From Oligoflexia bacterium (lineage in GTDB: Bacteria; Bdellovibrionota; UBA1018), in contig CAVWVI010000005.1 in the NCBI GenBank assembly GCA_963758495.1, forward strand, positions 100,809-164,808: a stretch of DNA of 64,000 nucleotides. Reading direction: 5' to 3'. Shown here piece by piece: positions 1 through 10,313 of the stretch (position 1 is its first letter; each line of letters opens with the position of its first letter). The translations under genes and the position numbers were made by a program. Under the pieces are notes generated by a model that had not been told where the DNA came from, ran no database searches, and saw nothing but the letters and a program-made list of their open reading frames with translations.

Positions 1-225
1 GTATCCTTTCAAATCTGGAGAAAAAGTCGGGATTTGTTCGCCAAACTGTTGAACAAAAGGAGAAAGGTTGTTTACGTGTTTTTGGTGATCGTTTTTAAAC
101 TCGGCCAGACGGGTTTTAACCGTTGGAACGTCGGTTTTTTCGATCGCCTGCTCGTATGCATGGATTGCATCAATATCAAGCTGCACTAAGTTTTTTAGTT
201 TTTTTCCTAATTCAGAATTTTCCAT
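1..225 (-). CDS. Ferritin-like (DUF2383/rubrerythrin-like) protein, N-terminal part; runs off the window edge
   Basis: Not in ORF track. My translation from ATG at 225 (RBS AAGGAG upstream): MENSELGKKLKNLVQLDIDAIHAYEQAIEK...FKNDHQKHV, with ferritin-like LDIDA..AY and DH..H motifs. Confidence 0.7.
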   Translation of the reverse strand, partial: MENSELGKKLKNLVQLDIDAIHAYEQAIEKTDVPTVKTRLAEFKNDHQKHVNNLSPFVQQFGEQIPTFSPDLKGY

Positions 226-282
226 TTGTCTCTCCTTAGAAGGTATGTTTTGTAATTTATATCGCAAATTCTGTGCCTCAAG

Positions 283-1674
283 TTAGCTTGGGGAGATTCT
301 CACTGGCAGTCGACTTGCCGAAGCTAACACCAGCAATTGAATGAAGATTAATACTACGAAGGGTACAAGGAACTGCGTCCCCGAGATGGGCCCGACGATG
401 GGCCCAGGGATGGAGTGAGTAGCCATTGAAAGAGAAACTGTAAGGGCGATTACGGTTGTCGCAAGGGGGCCGCCGAGCCTTTGAACAATATTGACTGCTG
501 TTGTTGCAACACTGAGTTTGGCTTTTGGGATTGAAGAATACGCGGCTGCAATCGAGGGGATGCCGGTCGCACCTTGACCGGCACCGCGAGCGAGTAGGGA
601 AGCCATCACCCAACCGGGCGACATCTGGTTTTGAGCCATGTACACGAAGGGAAGCGTTCCCAAGATGTTGAGAATTACTCCACCCGAGGACACGGCACGA
701 CATCCGAACGTATCTGTTAAAAATCCCATAAGAGGATACACACACATCATCCCGACTCCCATGGGTGCAAACATCCACCCCACTTGTTCTGCCGTCAGCC
801 CACATCCAGTCGTCAAATAAAGGGGAATCAGAAACTGCCCCGCATACATAATTCCATTGGTGAGAAATTGGGTAATCGCTGCCGTGGAGAAAATTCGGTT
901 TCTAAACAGTCCGAGATCAACTAATGCGGCCTCTTCCTTTCGATTCGCGTGCCCTATAAAAATACCGATCAGAATGATTCCTGATAGAAGAAACCTCATT
1001 CCGTTACCCTGAGAGAACTCCTCAATCCCGTAAAGGAGACAAGCAAGCCCCGGAGAAAGCGTAAAGAAGCCTAAAAAATCAAAAGGGCGTCTTTGGAGGG
1101 TGGCTTCGTCGCTGGGTAGAAGGAAAGCAGCCAAAGTCACAGCCAAAATTCCAACCGGCAGATTGATATAAAAGAGCCACGGCCAACTAGCGTATTTTAA
1201 AATTGCGCCCGCTACAAGCGGTCCCACGGTAGGAGCGATTAAAATAGGTACAGATGCGTAGCCAATGGCTCTTGCCATCTGGTTCCCTGCCGCCCTCGCT
1301 AACATCATCTGAGTCAAGGGAGCCAGCAATCCACCCGCCATTCCTTGAAGCACACGAAAACAGATCAGCTCATTCATCGTATGTGCAGCACCACAAAGAA
1401 GGGAGGTGAGTGTGAACGCGGAGAAACAGCCTAGATACAGTCGCTTTGCTCCCAGCCAATCTACGATCCAACTGTTGAGCGGCAACATGAGAGCGAGTGC
1501 TAGCAAATAACCACTCATGATCCACTGCGCTGATGCGATCGAGGAATGAAGATCCTGGCGTATAGCAGAAAGCGAGACATTCACGACTGTCGAGTCCAAC
1601 TGAGTCATGAATGGCCCCAGCAATACAACAGCGATGACTCTCCAAACTTTCGGATCAAGGCCTTTGGATATCAA
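283..1674 (-). CDS. DHA2 (EmrB/QacA-type) MFS efflux permease
   Basis: 463 aa, many TM helices, motifs FMTQLDSTVVNVSL, DWLGAKR, WPWLFYINLPVG. Confidence 0.92.
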   Translation of the reverse strand: MISKGLDPKVWRVIAVVLLGPFMTQLDSTVVNVSLSAIRQDLHSSIASAQWIMSGYLLALALMLPLNSWIVDWLGAKRLYLGCFSAFTLTSLLCGAAHTMNELICFRVLQGMAGGLLAPLTQMMLARAAGNQMARAIGYASVPILIAPTVGPLVAGAILKYASWPWLFYINLPVGILAVTLAAFLLPSDEATLQRRPFDFLGFFTLSPGLACLLYGIEEFSQGNGMRFLLSGIILIGIFIGHANRKEEAALVDLGLFRNRIFSTAAITQFLTNGIMYAGQFLIPLYLTTGCGLTAEQVGWMFAPMGVGMMCVYPLMGFLTDTFGCRAVSSGGVILNILGTLPFVYMAQNQMSPGWVMASLLARGAGQGATGIPSIAAAYSSIPKAKLSVATTAVNIVQRLGGPLATTVIALTVSLSMATHSIPGPIVGPISGTQFLVPFVVLIFIQLLVLASASRLPVRISPS

Positions 1675-1920
1675 TATTTTACTCCGCAGCCGTAAGGGTG
1701 TGTGGACGGATGAGTCACTATTTGATGATCGTCCATACCCATTTGATTAGGAAGCACTTTATTTCGGAAAGGAGGGCGATCTTGCTCGTATCGCAAAGAC
1801 AATCAAATATTTTCCTATTGAAAGGAGAACTACTTTTTGGTACATAACACAACGCGTTAAATACCTGCCTGCTTAGTTATTCTTCCTGTTGATTGACTTT
1901 TAACGCAACAGGAGAATGGT

Positions 1921-2628
1921 ATGAGAAAACAAGCATTAAGTCCCTTTTTATTGATCCTTTCACTTTTCATCAATCTGACGTCGGTTTTGGCTGATGATGG
2001 TCGCGTAGGGGACATTCAATATTCGATTTTATCCGAAAATCAGTTCCAGCAGCTTCACGGCAAAGAATGGGAACTCTTGCGTGGACAGGAGGTTCCTTGG
2101 GACTCGGAACTGAGGAATTTCTGGACAGAAGCTCATCTTCCCGATGCTCGTGGAGTTTTTTTAAGATCTGCCAACCATGAGCGTCCTCGAGACGAGGGAA
2201 ATCCTGACGGGAATTTGCCGATAGGAACTTATCGAGGAGATATCTTTAAGAGGCATGACCACTCCGGATGGACAGGAGAAGATACTCCCGACCACACTCA
2301 CGGTCATTCTCACCCGGGGGTGCACGGCAACGGGGGCTATGATAATGGAAGCAAAGCCGGTGCCCATTGGCATGGCGCTCAGACCCGGGGGGCTTCCAAT
2401 CGGCATAAGCACTCAATCCCTCATGATGGTGGGGAAGAAACTCGCCCTAGAAACATCACCGTCAACGCTTTTATTAAAATAAAGGAAACACCCAAAGCAG
2501 CTCCCGCTCCCCGAGCTGAAGCACAGACTCAGTGGTCCCAAGAACAAATCACTCAACTCCTCAATATGCCTGAGTTTAAAAATGCTTTGGCTGATGCACT
2601 TCAAAACGCTCGAAGGAATAACAAGTAA
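1921..2628 (+). CDS. Secreted protein with phage tail-collar/tail-fibre-tip-like domain
   Basis: Signal peptide (..TSVLA|DD); GDIQYS, LPDARGVFLR, several HxH motifs and ETRPRNITVNAFIKI typical of tail-collar proteins. Confidence 0.7.
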   Translation: MRKQALSPFLLILSLFINLTSVLADDGRVGDIQYSILSENQFQQLHGKEWELLRGQEVPWDSELRNFWTEAHLPDARGVFLRSANHERPRDEGNPDGNLPIGTYRGDIFKRHDHSGWTGEDTPDHTHGHSHPGVHGNGGYDNGSKAGAHWHGAQTRGASNRHKHSIPHDGGEETRPRNITVNAFIKIKETPKAAPAPRAEAQTQWSQEQITQLLNMPEFKNALADALQNARRNNK

Positions 2629-2642
2629 AAAGGGAGACTTCT

Positions 2643-5600
2643 ATGCTCTTCCCTAAAATGCAAAATCGTTGGACTGCCTCATCAAGACTTGCCCGGCTTC
2701 TCGTGATTGCCAACGTTGCCCATTTTGCACTCGTTGTTCAATCCGTGACTGTAAAGGCACAGGATTCTCAAGTCTTAGAGGTAGAAGTGAGTCAGAGGTC
2801 TGGATCGACTCAGAAATGGAATTTCCCCTGTAATAATGACGGAAGTGTATCCCAAACTGGAACTAGGCTCGATCAAAATAGCGAAGTTAAGGCTGTTTGG
2901 GATGAGTCCTGTAGCAAGGTCACTCTCCAGGGTCAGTCAGGTGAAATTGGGAAGAAGCAAAAAAAATCAGCTTCCCAAATTCAAAAATTAACGGTGAGAT
3001 CTGCCCAAAGTGTCGAGCTTAAAGGAACTCTCGCGCTACCTTTAAACATTCAAGCTCCAGAGGTGACTATTGAAACCCATTGGTCAAGCCCAGAGCTGAA
3101 TATCAGGGCTCTACCCAGTGGGGCACCCAACTCCGAGACTGGTAGTAAGAAATCCAAACAACAATCTGCAAGATCTTTCGTTCGTCCAGGAGCCGTCCTG
3201 AAAGTGGATCATTTGAGCTTGATCGATATGGATTTTGAAAACCAGGGCAGGATGGAGTCCTCAGATCAGCTTAGGATCACTCTTGCTCATGGAGCTTTTC
3301 ATAATTCTGGTGAGATCGAAGTGGGTGGAGCCTTGCAGTTTGAGAGGAATGGCTCAGAAAGAGTCTCCCTCTTCCAATCTGGGGTCATCTCCGCTCAGTC
3401 AATCGAAATGGGCGACATTCTTGCTGCCATCAATATGTTTGAAAATACCGCTTCTGGAGTTCTCAAAGCCAATCGAATCTTTGGGGAATTCAAACAATTC
3501 ATCAATGCGGGATGGCTAGAGAGTGCAGAAAAAATGACCCTCCTGGGAGTTGAGCTACAAAATCGAAACGGCACCATCGCTTCTGATCAGGAATTGTATA
3601 TCGATTTTATTGAAATCCAAAACGAAAATGGAAAAATCCATGGCTCAAAACAAACCACGATTCGAGTGGGTGAAAAATTAGAAAACGCTTCAGGCCTAAT
3701 TGGAAGCGATGGACCTACTGAACTTAATTTTTCAGCGCAAGGGACAGCCCCATCTCTGGGTAAGCTTGTAGGAAGTGAGATCTTACTCACCCTACGTCAC
3801 ACCAGCCCCACTGAGCTTAAATCAGGAGAGCTTTTAGGTAAGGACAGTATCTCCATTTTTTCTGATGTAAAAATATCACTTCCTGGTGTTCAATTTCACT
3901 CGCCACTTCTGAATTTAGTAGCTCCCGATTTTGCTTTAGATCCCCTCACTCAATGTAGCACTACCGTCGTTCATTGTGATCCAAAACGAAACCTTTGTCT
4001 GACTTCCGATTTGTCCAGCCAAGGTGAGATTCGTTTCTTGGAGTCCGATTATTGTCGTTATCAAAATTCTGATCAGAATGAAGTAGCCAGTGAATCTCAA
4101 GCTCTTGTATCCATGAATGCCGTTGCTCTGAAACCGCAGCTGATGATCAGTAAGCAGATGAATCACCTTGGGGAAGTCATTCAGGATCTTCAAGTCCACT
4201 TTGAAAAGGATCGAGGCTACCTCAATCAGTATACGGTTTCCATCAATTCCCAGCTCATTTCTACTGGGGGAATTCACTTTTTGGTGCCTCACAGTCGGAT
4301 CTTTGTCGGCTTAGAAGATCAGTCAAGGAATGTTGGAATTTTTGCCGACTCCCTACGAGCATTTACCGATCATTTTCTCATCAAACGCGGCAATGTGAGT
4401 GCTGCGGATACTTATCTTGCAGCTCCAGGAGGGGTCACTGTAGGAGTTTTAGAGAAAGACTCCAATCAAAAGGTCAAAGCAGGAAACAAAGAGGTCCCTC
4501 TTCTTCGTAGAGGAGATGCCTTTTTAGCAACGGCTGGCGACTGCTATCTCAAAGGCCCCTTAAGTTGCTCTGGAACAATGGAGGTGGGAGGCAACCTCAT
4601 TTTGGATTCGGACAAGAAGCAATACGGCTTCTCTTCAGATATCCGAGTTAAAGGCAATCTCATTTTAAAAGGAGAAGGAGATCTGAGTCTGATTCGTCAT
4701 CTTGGAAAGACTCAATATAATCAGAGCATCCCACTTGAATCTGACCACTATTCTGAGGAGGGGATTTTTGTCGTCGACGGACAGGTCATTGGAGCCAATC
4801 CAACTGGCATTCAGCTTTATTCATCGAAATTTTTTGCTGATGAAAGTCATTCCAAGGTCAAGTTCACGCCCGTAGATTCAGTAAATGATAAGCCCATTGT
4901 GTTTCCAGGCGAGGCACAAGCTCAAGATTTTAAATCCGTACTGAGTACGAGAAAATCAGGATTTCTCCGCATAGAGGGACCTAAAACCGAAAGCATCATC
5001 TCCACCGGCGAAGTATTTCTTTTGGAAGATGAGGGTCAGTTCTGTCTTGCTGTAAAGAACCCATTCTATCTCCCCCTTCGAAATCCACTTTACGATCTTG
5101 AGATTCAAGATTTCAGATCACCTAAGTACTATCGAAACACTCAGCTTGAAACCGAACTTTCCGTACAAAATTCGAATCGATTTGGTTTTGAACTGAGAGA
5201 GAGTGCTTTTTTTAACCCGGATCAAAGTGAAGCCTTCATGAAATCGATTGAGAAGGATATCATGATTCACGAAGCTGAAGTGGGACTGACTCCGCTTCCT
5301 CATGGAAAGGCTGCTTTTAGTCTGAGTCCTGAACTTCTTTTATCACAGGTCCAAAAGGCTTGTCAGGACACACTTAAGCGCAGCTCAATTGACCCAAACC
5401 AGCCCATCAACATGGATTATTTAGTCAAGCTCCATCAAAACGCTACTCAATATTTAAGAGACACGGGTGTTTCATTAGGATCAAAAAAGCAGCCTGCTCG
5501 ATCAGATGAGTTTCTAGCCCTGGCCGCGCAATCTCGCGAATCTGCTCCGGCAGCTCCTATGATCTTCTATCAATCTGTCACTCGTGAATCGGGAGTGCGC

Positions 5601-8399
5601 GTATTCAAGCCGATCCTCATTTTACCCACCCAGCTTCAGGAAAAAATCCGCTCTGAACGAGAGGGTAACGTATTCGCCAAGGTTTTAGGACGCTTTGAAG
5701 CAGGCATCACAACGGAGCAGATGTTAGAAAAACTCCATGAGGGGACCGAATTAGGAGATGCATTAAGAAAAACCCTCTTTGGAAAAGGAAATATTGCCAA
5801 AGATATCGATGATGCTGCCACTCGCTATCGTGAGGAACTTGCAAAAAAACCTGCTGACCAACGCTTAAGAGACGATATCCACATCGAGCACACATTCCAA
5901 AGTGAAAACATTGCAATTATCGCTAGAGACGACCTCATGGTGGACGCAAATCAAAAAGGCAAATCCGCCGCGTTTGCCTCGCTAGAGGGTGATGTCAAAC
6001 TTGGATCTAAAAAGAAGCGAACGCAAACAGGATCATCTACCTTTATAGAAGAAATCGATGACCAGCGAGAATTTGACTATGAGGGTAATCTTACCATTAA
6101 AGCAGGTAAGAATATTGAAACCCAAGCTGTTAAACTCAAAGCCGGCTCAGGTAACTTGGAAGCCGGAGGATCGATCGTGGATCAAACGATTGCTCTTGAA
6201 TCGAAGACGGAGTCTCACTCCGAGGGACGATCCGAAACCCGTAAAACGATCAAACATCAAGCGTCGTCGTTTCAGTTCGATAAGAATTTAAAAATCAAAG
6301 GAAACCAGGTTTTTCTTGTAGGAACTGAAGCCCAAGCAGATCAGATCAGCTTAGAGGCCAAGGAGCAAGTTCAGGTCTTAGGAGTCGTTGATGAAGAACA
6401 TGTTTCAGAGACGAAAGAAGAAGAAACTGGAGCATGGTTTTGGAAGGGTAAGAAAACCGAAACCACTCATACCTCTACTGGCACCTTTAAGGGAGCCCAT
6501 CTCAAGTCCGCTCAACCTATCGAAATGAAGGCGAAGGAAGTTACACTCCAGGCTCCAAAGCTCGACTCTACAGAGACTCGAATTGAAGCAGAAACCGTCA
6601 AATTCAAACTTGGCAAGAACGTTAAGCACTCCTCATCGGTCAAATCGAGTGAGAACGCTTTCTGGATCAGCCAGGATGTGGACAAAAGAACTGACGAGTC
6701 TTACAACCAACTTCAAGCCCTAGGACCCCTCAAGATCAAAGCCTCCAAAATCGAACTCGAAGAGGCTCAGGGTCACGCTTTAGAATACATTGATCATTTA
6801 GAGTTTGACCGAAATCAGGTCGCGCAAATCCAAACCATCTTAGATGAGATCCACACCCATGAGCATGATTCTATCTCAGCTCCTGGACCCGCTCTGATAG
6901 CCACTGTGGCGATTCTTTCTTCTGTGGCCACAGGAGGAGTCGGAGGTGCCGCCGTGGCAGGGTTAGGTCTTCAAGCCGCAGCAGGTGGAGCAGTGGCTTC
7001 TGCCACTGCGGCTGCCATTTCATCCCTCAGTGCACAGATCGCGACTCAACTCACTTTGGGTGTCCTGGCTCAACAAAGCCCTGGCGACATTACGGGTAAG
7101 ATTTTTAACACCGACACCCTGAGGAACATGGTGACAGCGACCCTCTCCGCTGGAGCTTTGTACGAATTAAATGGCGCTCAGGACGCAGCTAGCACCTCAG
7201 CCTTCGTAAGTAAGATCGAAGGAGCAGGAACCCAAGCCGGAATAGGCATGGGAGTCAATCTAGCCTTTAGGGAACAAAATCTAGAAGATGCTCTTAAGAG
7301 CGCTGGCGTTCAGTTCGTAGGCCAAGCAGCAGGTCAGGTCATCGCAGGTGAAATTGGAGACCAATTCAAGGATAAAAATGGTGTCTGGGAGCGCGGTCTA
7401 CATAAGCTAGCCCACGGAGCCGCTGCTGGAGGAATTGCAGCAGGAGGAGCAGCGCTTACAGGGCAGGACGTGGGTTCTGCCGCAGCTGGTGCTGCTGCAG
7501 GCGCTATGACGGCTGAAATTGTGGCCGATATTCTAAGCCAGCCCCTCAATGAGGAAGTCTACAAGAACGTTCAGGTGAAACAAGCAGAGCTAGGAAGAGA
7601 GCTGACGCAAGGAGAAAAGCAGGCAATCTTTTCGTCGAAAGTTGGAAACATTGCTCTGATTTCAAAATTATCTGGAGCAGTCTCAGGACTTCTCGCATCA
7701 GGAGAGCAGGGCCTGAATGCAGGGCGAATGTCTGCAGGCAATGCGATTGATAATAATTTTTGGGCGACTGCAGTGCCTGTACTTCTTACAGGCTACATGC
7801 TTTACGAATGGGAGCAGAGTAATGTTCAAACTGAGGATGCGATTGTCTCAGACCCTCTGGGAGAGACGGTGCTTTTGGGAGGCCTCGCGACAGGATCTAA
7901 GGCTATCGCTAAAGGGGCTCAGAAGTTGGCTCCTGTCATCTCCCAAGCCGGGAAAGGCTTAGTTCAAGCTGCTCAGGAATCTGAGATCATCGGCAATGAG
8001 ATTGGTTCAGTTGGGGATATTTCTGGATTTCGGGCAGGCAAACTTGCTGATTCTGCGGCCAATCACGGAATAAAAATTGTTACTGGACCGACAGCTACTA
8101 AGGTCGATAAAGTCATCATCGAAACATTAGAGGGAAAGGGCAATCTTACTAGTAAAATAAAGTTGAGTGCGGATGAAGCATTACAGGCTGGTGAGAAATG
8201 GGTAGGTCCGGGTTATAAGGAGATAGGAAAGTCAGGACAAGGTGTATTTAGAAGTACAGACGGAAAGCGACAGTTTCGAATGGATGATGGATCATTGGCC
8301 GGTGCACATGAACCAAATGTTCCACACGTTCATTTTCAAGAGGTAATGCCAGATGGAAGACAGTTCAAAACCAATAACCATGTACCTTTTGAAAACTAG
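2643..8399 (+). CDS. Large polymorphic toxin (FHA-like beta-helical repeats, DUF637-like helical region, VENN-like AIDNN junction, C-terminal putative nuclease toxin)
   Basis: 1918 aa; N-terminal signal-like segment; NxG.I repeats; Ala/Gly-rich pre-toxin region (LHKLAHGAAAG); NAIDNNF; C-terminal DGKRQFRMD..GAH..PHVH..NNHV; followed by small immunity-like ORFs. Confidence 0.85.
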   Translation: MLFPKMQNRWTASSRLARLLVIANVAHFALVVQSVTVKAQDSQVLEVEVSQRSGSTQKWNFPCNNDGSVSQTGTRLDQNSEVKAVWDESCSKVTLQGQSGEIGKKQKKSASQIQKLTVRSAQSVELKGTLALPLNIQAPEVTIETHWSSPELNIRALPSGAPNSETGSKKSKQQSARSFVRPGAVLKVDHLSLIDMDFENQGRMESSDQLRITLAHGAFHNSGEIEVGGALQFERNGSERVSLFQSGVISAQSIEMGDILAAINMFENTASGVLKANRIFGEFKQFINAGWLESAEKMTLLGVELQNRNGTIASDQELYIDFIEIQNENGKIHGSKQTTIRVGEKLENASGLIGSDGPTELNFSAQGTAPSLGKLVGSEILLTLRHTSPTELKSGELLGKDSISIFSDVKISLPGVQFHSPLLNLVAPDFALDPLTQCSTTVVHCDPKRNLCLTSDLSSQGEIRFLESDYCRYQNSDQNEVASESQALVSMNAVALKPQLMISKQMNHLGEVIQDLQVHFEKDRGYLNQYTVSINSQLISTGGIHFLVPHSRIFVGLEDQSRNVGIFADSLRAFTDHFLIKRGNVSAADTYLAAPGGVTVGVLEKDSNQKVKAGNKEVPLLRRGDAFLATAGDCYLKGPLSCSGTMEVGGNLILDSDKKQYGFSSDIRVKGNLILKGEGDLSLIRHLGKTQYNQSIPLESDHYSEEGIFVVDGQVIGANPTGIQLYSSKFFADESHSKVKFTPVDSVNDKPIVFPGEAQAQDFKSVLSTRKSGFLRIEGPKTESIISTGEVFLLEDEGQFCLAVKNPFYLPLRNPLYDLEIQDFRSPKYYRNTQLETELSVQNSNRFGFELRESAFFNPDQSEAFMKSIEKDIMIHEAEVGLTPLPHGKAAFSLSPELLLSQVQKACQDTLKRSSIDPNQPINMDYLVKLHQNATQYLRDTGVSLGSKKQPARSDEFLALAAQSRESAPAAPMIFYQSVTRESGVRVFKPILILPTQLQEKIRSEREGNVFAKVLGRFEAGITTEQMLEKLHEGTELGDALRKTLFGKGNIAKDIDDAATRYREELAKKPADQRLRDDIHIEHTFQSENIAIIARDDLMVDANQKGKSAAFASLEGDVKLGSKKKRTQTGSSTFIEEIDDQREFDYEGNLTIKAGKNIETQAVKLKAGSGNLEAGGSIVDQTIALESKTESHSEGRSETRKTIKHQASSFQFDKNLKIKGNQVFLVGTEAQADQISLEAKEQVQVLGVVDEEHVSETKEEETGAWFWKGKKTETTHTSTGTFKGAHLKSAQPIEMKAKEVTLQAPKLDSTETRIEAETVKFKLGKNVKHSSSVKSSENAFWISQDVDKRTDESYNQLQALGPLKIKASKIELEEAQGHALEYIDHLEFDRNQVAQIQTILDEIHTHEHDSISAPGPALIATVAILSSVATGGVGGAAVAGLGLQAAAGGAVASATAAAISSLSAQIATQLTLGVLAQQSPGDITGKIFNTDTLRNMVTATLSAGALYELNGAQDAASTSAFVSKIEGAGTQAGIGMGVNLAFREQNLEDALKSAGVQFVGQAAGQVIAGEIGDQFKDKNGVWERGLHKLAHGAAAGGIAAGGAALTGQDVGSAAAGAAAGAMTAEIVADILSQPLNEEVYKNVQVKQAELGRELTQGEKQAIFSSKVGNIALISKLSGAVSGLLASGEQGLNAGRMSAGNAIDNNFWATAVPVLLTGYMLYEWEQSNVQTEDAIVSDPLGETVLLGGLATGSKAIAKGAQKLAPVISQAGKGLVQAAQESEIIGNEIGSVGDISGFRAGKLADSAANHGIKIVTGPTATKVDKVIIETLEGKGNLTSKIKLSADEALQAGEKWVGPGYKEIGKSGQGVFRSTDGKRQFRMDDGSLAGAHEPNVPHVHFQEVMPDGRQFKTNNHVPFEN

Positions 8400-8411
8400 G
8401 AGGAGCATCCC

Positions 8412-8732
8412 ATGGGTGAAATAGAGGTTCAGATTAAGCAGATTATCCAACTGGAAGTCAAAGGTGACTTTACTATTTCCAATCTTCATGGGGTAGATTT
8501 GAAGAAATGCCTGGTTGAACCCTACCTGGAAATTCTTGAGGATTCATTCAATGAAGGTCAAACCATCCAGATGTATGTAGTATTGAAAGAACATCCTGAG
8601 AGTGATGAGGGCTATCAAATTGTATATGATCCTACAGAAAAGATGTTTGGTCTGAGTATCCAAGGCAAAGGGCAATATAGGGTGTTTCTCGGTTACGATG
8701 GAACATTTTTAGAAAGCTTACAAGGAATGTGA
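8412..8732 (+). CDS. Putative cognate immunity protein
   Basis: Small acidic ORF 12 nt after the toxin stop, with RBS GGAGGAG. Confidence 0.7.
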   Translation: MGEIEVQIKQIIQLEVKGDFTISNLHGVDLKKCLVEPYLEILEDSFNEGQTIQMYVVLKEHPESDEGYQIVYDPTEKMFGLSIQGKGQYRVFLGYDGTFLESLQGM

Positions 8733-9388
8733 AAATGGTTAGCCCGAGGAGCAAAAAAAAGATAAATACCCGAGAAAAACTTTTGGAGTTCTTGTTGAAA
8801 GTAGAGCCGAACTACAAAGAACAATACACTAGGTACCTTGAGCTTCGAAAACGACCTCCTACTATGAGCGGGGATATTACTAACTTTTCTGATTTTGTAG
8901 TAGAACAGTTAACATCTGGAATTTATAAGAACGCCGCAGACGTATTTCAATCTGTTGAATCACTACTCCATGATGAGGCTTCAAACGATGAAGTTAAGGA
9001 TGCGGTGTGTACTTGTTTCTTAGAAAATTTAATCAATTATGCTTCTAATGGAAGAATACCCTACGAAAGTTTTGTCCCACTTCTTGGGCCTAAGTCCGTG
9101 GAGTACTGCAAGGGATGGGACGAATTTACTGGGGTAAAAACTCCAGGATTATGGAAAAATGAAGAGCCTGACTTTAGTCGAAGATTCAATGTGATCAGTG
9201 ATGCTGAAGCTATGTCCATTATTAAAGCAATCAAAAATCATGAGTACAGCACTAAAAGTGAGGAAGAAGAGAAAATTAAACTACTTAGTGCAATTTTCCC
9301 TGGTATATTAAATCTCTTATTTTACGATCCACGTAAATTAACTCCGGATCAAATTTTAAAGGAAGTTAAAAAAAATATTCCAAAATAA
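8729..9388 (+). CDS. Putative two-domain immunity protein (helical CFLENL domain + colicin/pyocin Im-like C-terminus)
   Basis: Overlaps the preceding immunity gene; C-terminus GILNLLFYDPRKLTPDQILKEV resembles the colicin E immunity DLIYY..SPE.IV motif. Confidence 0.55.
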   Translation: MKMVSPRSKKKINTREKLLEFLLKVEPNYKEQYTRYLELRKRPPTMSGDITNFSDFVVEQLTSGIYKNAADVFQSVESLLHDEASNDEVKDAVCTCFLENLINYASNGRIPYESFVPLLGPKSVEYCKGWDEFTGVKTPGLWKNEEPDFSRRFNVISDAEAMSIIKAIKNHEYSTKSEEEEKIKLLSAIFPGILNLLFYDPRKLTPDQILKEVKKNIPK

Positions 9389-9435
9389 TTACCTATTTAC
9401 ATTTTGGAATCCTCTGTTGCTAGATAACTTGGAAA

Positions 9436-9528
9436 TTCGATTCACACAGTCTCCTATTCGAGGTACATTCCTTGGAACGTCCTCAGTTTGCAAGCTTCGC
9501 TTGAACCAAAAACTTCACGCCTCATTCT
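9436..9528. repeat. ~92-bp direct repeat, copy 1 (copy 2 at 10314-10406)
   Basis: ttcgattcacacagtctcctattcgaggtac..ccttgga.cgtcctcagttt.caagcttcgcttgaa.caaaaa..tcacgcc present at both sites with few mismatches. Confidence 0.9.
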
Positions 9529-9531
9529 CCT

Positions 9532-9882
9532 ATGAGACCTTTTGTCAAGGGGGGCTCTCAACTTTCTGAAGTAAAAACTGGGGTGGAAAAATTAAAAATA
9601 ATCGATACGCTTACTCCTGAAAAAGCCAGAGAGACCCTGGAGCAGGCAGGATTCAATAGTAAAGGTCCAAGAACTGCCGGTGGCTGGGAAACATTTAAAC
9701 ATCCTGATGGCTCAAAAGTGGATATTGGGCCAGGTGGAAGAGTTGTAAGGACTCAGGCACCTAAATATGGACCCAAAGGTAGTAGAATTAATAAGGGCCA
9801 AAGGGTCGACAGCAGGGGCAGCGAAATTGATCGGGACCTTCCCCACGACCAACATCCAAAAGAAACGCTTTCTAAGTGGTAA
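9532..9882 (+). CDS. Orphan toxin C-terminal domain
   Basis: 116-aa basic ORF (LEQAGF..GGWETFKHPDGSKVDI) in toxin/immunity context, with no delivery domain. Confidence 0.6.
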   Translation: MRPFVKGGSQLSEVKTGVEKLKIIDTLTPEKARETLEQAGFNSKGPRTAGGWETFKHPDGSKVDIGPGGRVVRTQAPKYGPKGSRINKGQRVDSRGSEIDRDLPHDQHPKETLSKW

Positions 9883-9892
9883 GGAGAATTTT

Positions 9893-10195
9893 ATGACTAC
9901 TGAACTAGAAAATTATCTTTTTAACAGTGATGGTACCCACGCCCTAATCTCAGTTGTATTTAAGAAAAATCAACTTGAATTAAAAATAGCTCCTTGGACA
10001 AATCTTTCAAAAGTGAAAACTTTTTTGTTTGAAAATGTTAAAACAGAGTCTGCTGTAGAACCTTCTACTGATGAATTGCCCTTTGATATTATTGGAGTGG
10101 ATAGTACCAAACTTAGTCCCAGTTTATGGAAGATTTGCATCCATTGTTCCGAAAATGAGTATCTGTTCCAAAGTCAGTGGCCAATCCGAATTTAG
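9893..10195 (+). CDS. Putative immunity protein of orphan module 1
   Basis: ATG at 9893 with RBS AAGGAG directly after the orphan toxin stop (MTTELENYLFN...). Confidence 0.6.
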   Translation: MTTELENYLFNSDGTHALISVVFKKNQLELKIAPWTNLSKVKTFLFENVKTESAVEPSTDELPFDIIGVDSTKLSPSLWKICIHCSENEYLFQSQWPIRI

Positions 10196-10216
10196 CCTCA
10201 AAGCCTGTTTTGCTTG

Positions 10217-10237
10217 CTCCTCGGAAAATCCGAGGAG
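10217..10237. other. Perfect 9-bp hairpin
   Basis: ctcctcgga-aaa-tccgaggag downstream of the immunity gene; terminator or mobile-element remnant. Confidence 0.5.
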
Positions 10238-10313
10238 TCGGAGCTGGAGGGGCGATAGTTTCTTAATTTATTATTTTATTTATATGACCCTTTCTTGACA
10301 TTGGGTTCAATAG

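Noticed and set aside
8300..8330. HEPN domain in the toxin tip
   Set aside because: The letters HEPN are a coincidental tetrapeptide, not evidence of the helical HEPN fold
9767..9892. N-terminal extension of the 9767-10195 ORF
   Set aside because: It overlaps the orphan toxin; a strong RBS supports a start at 9893
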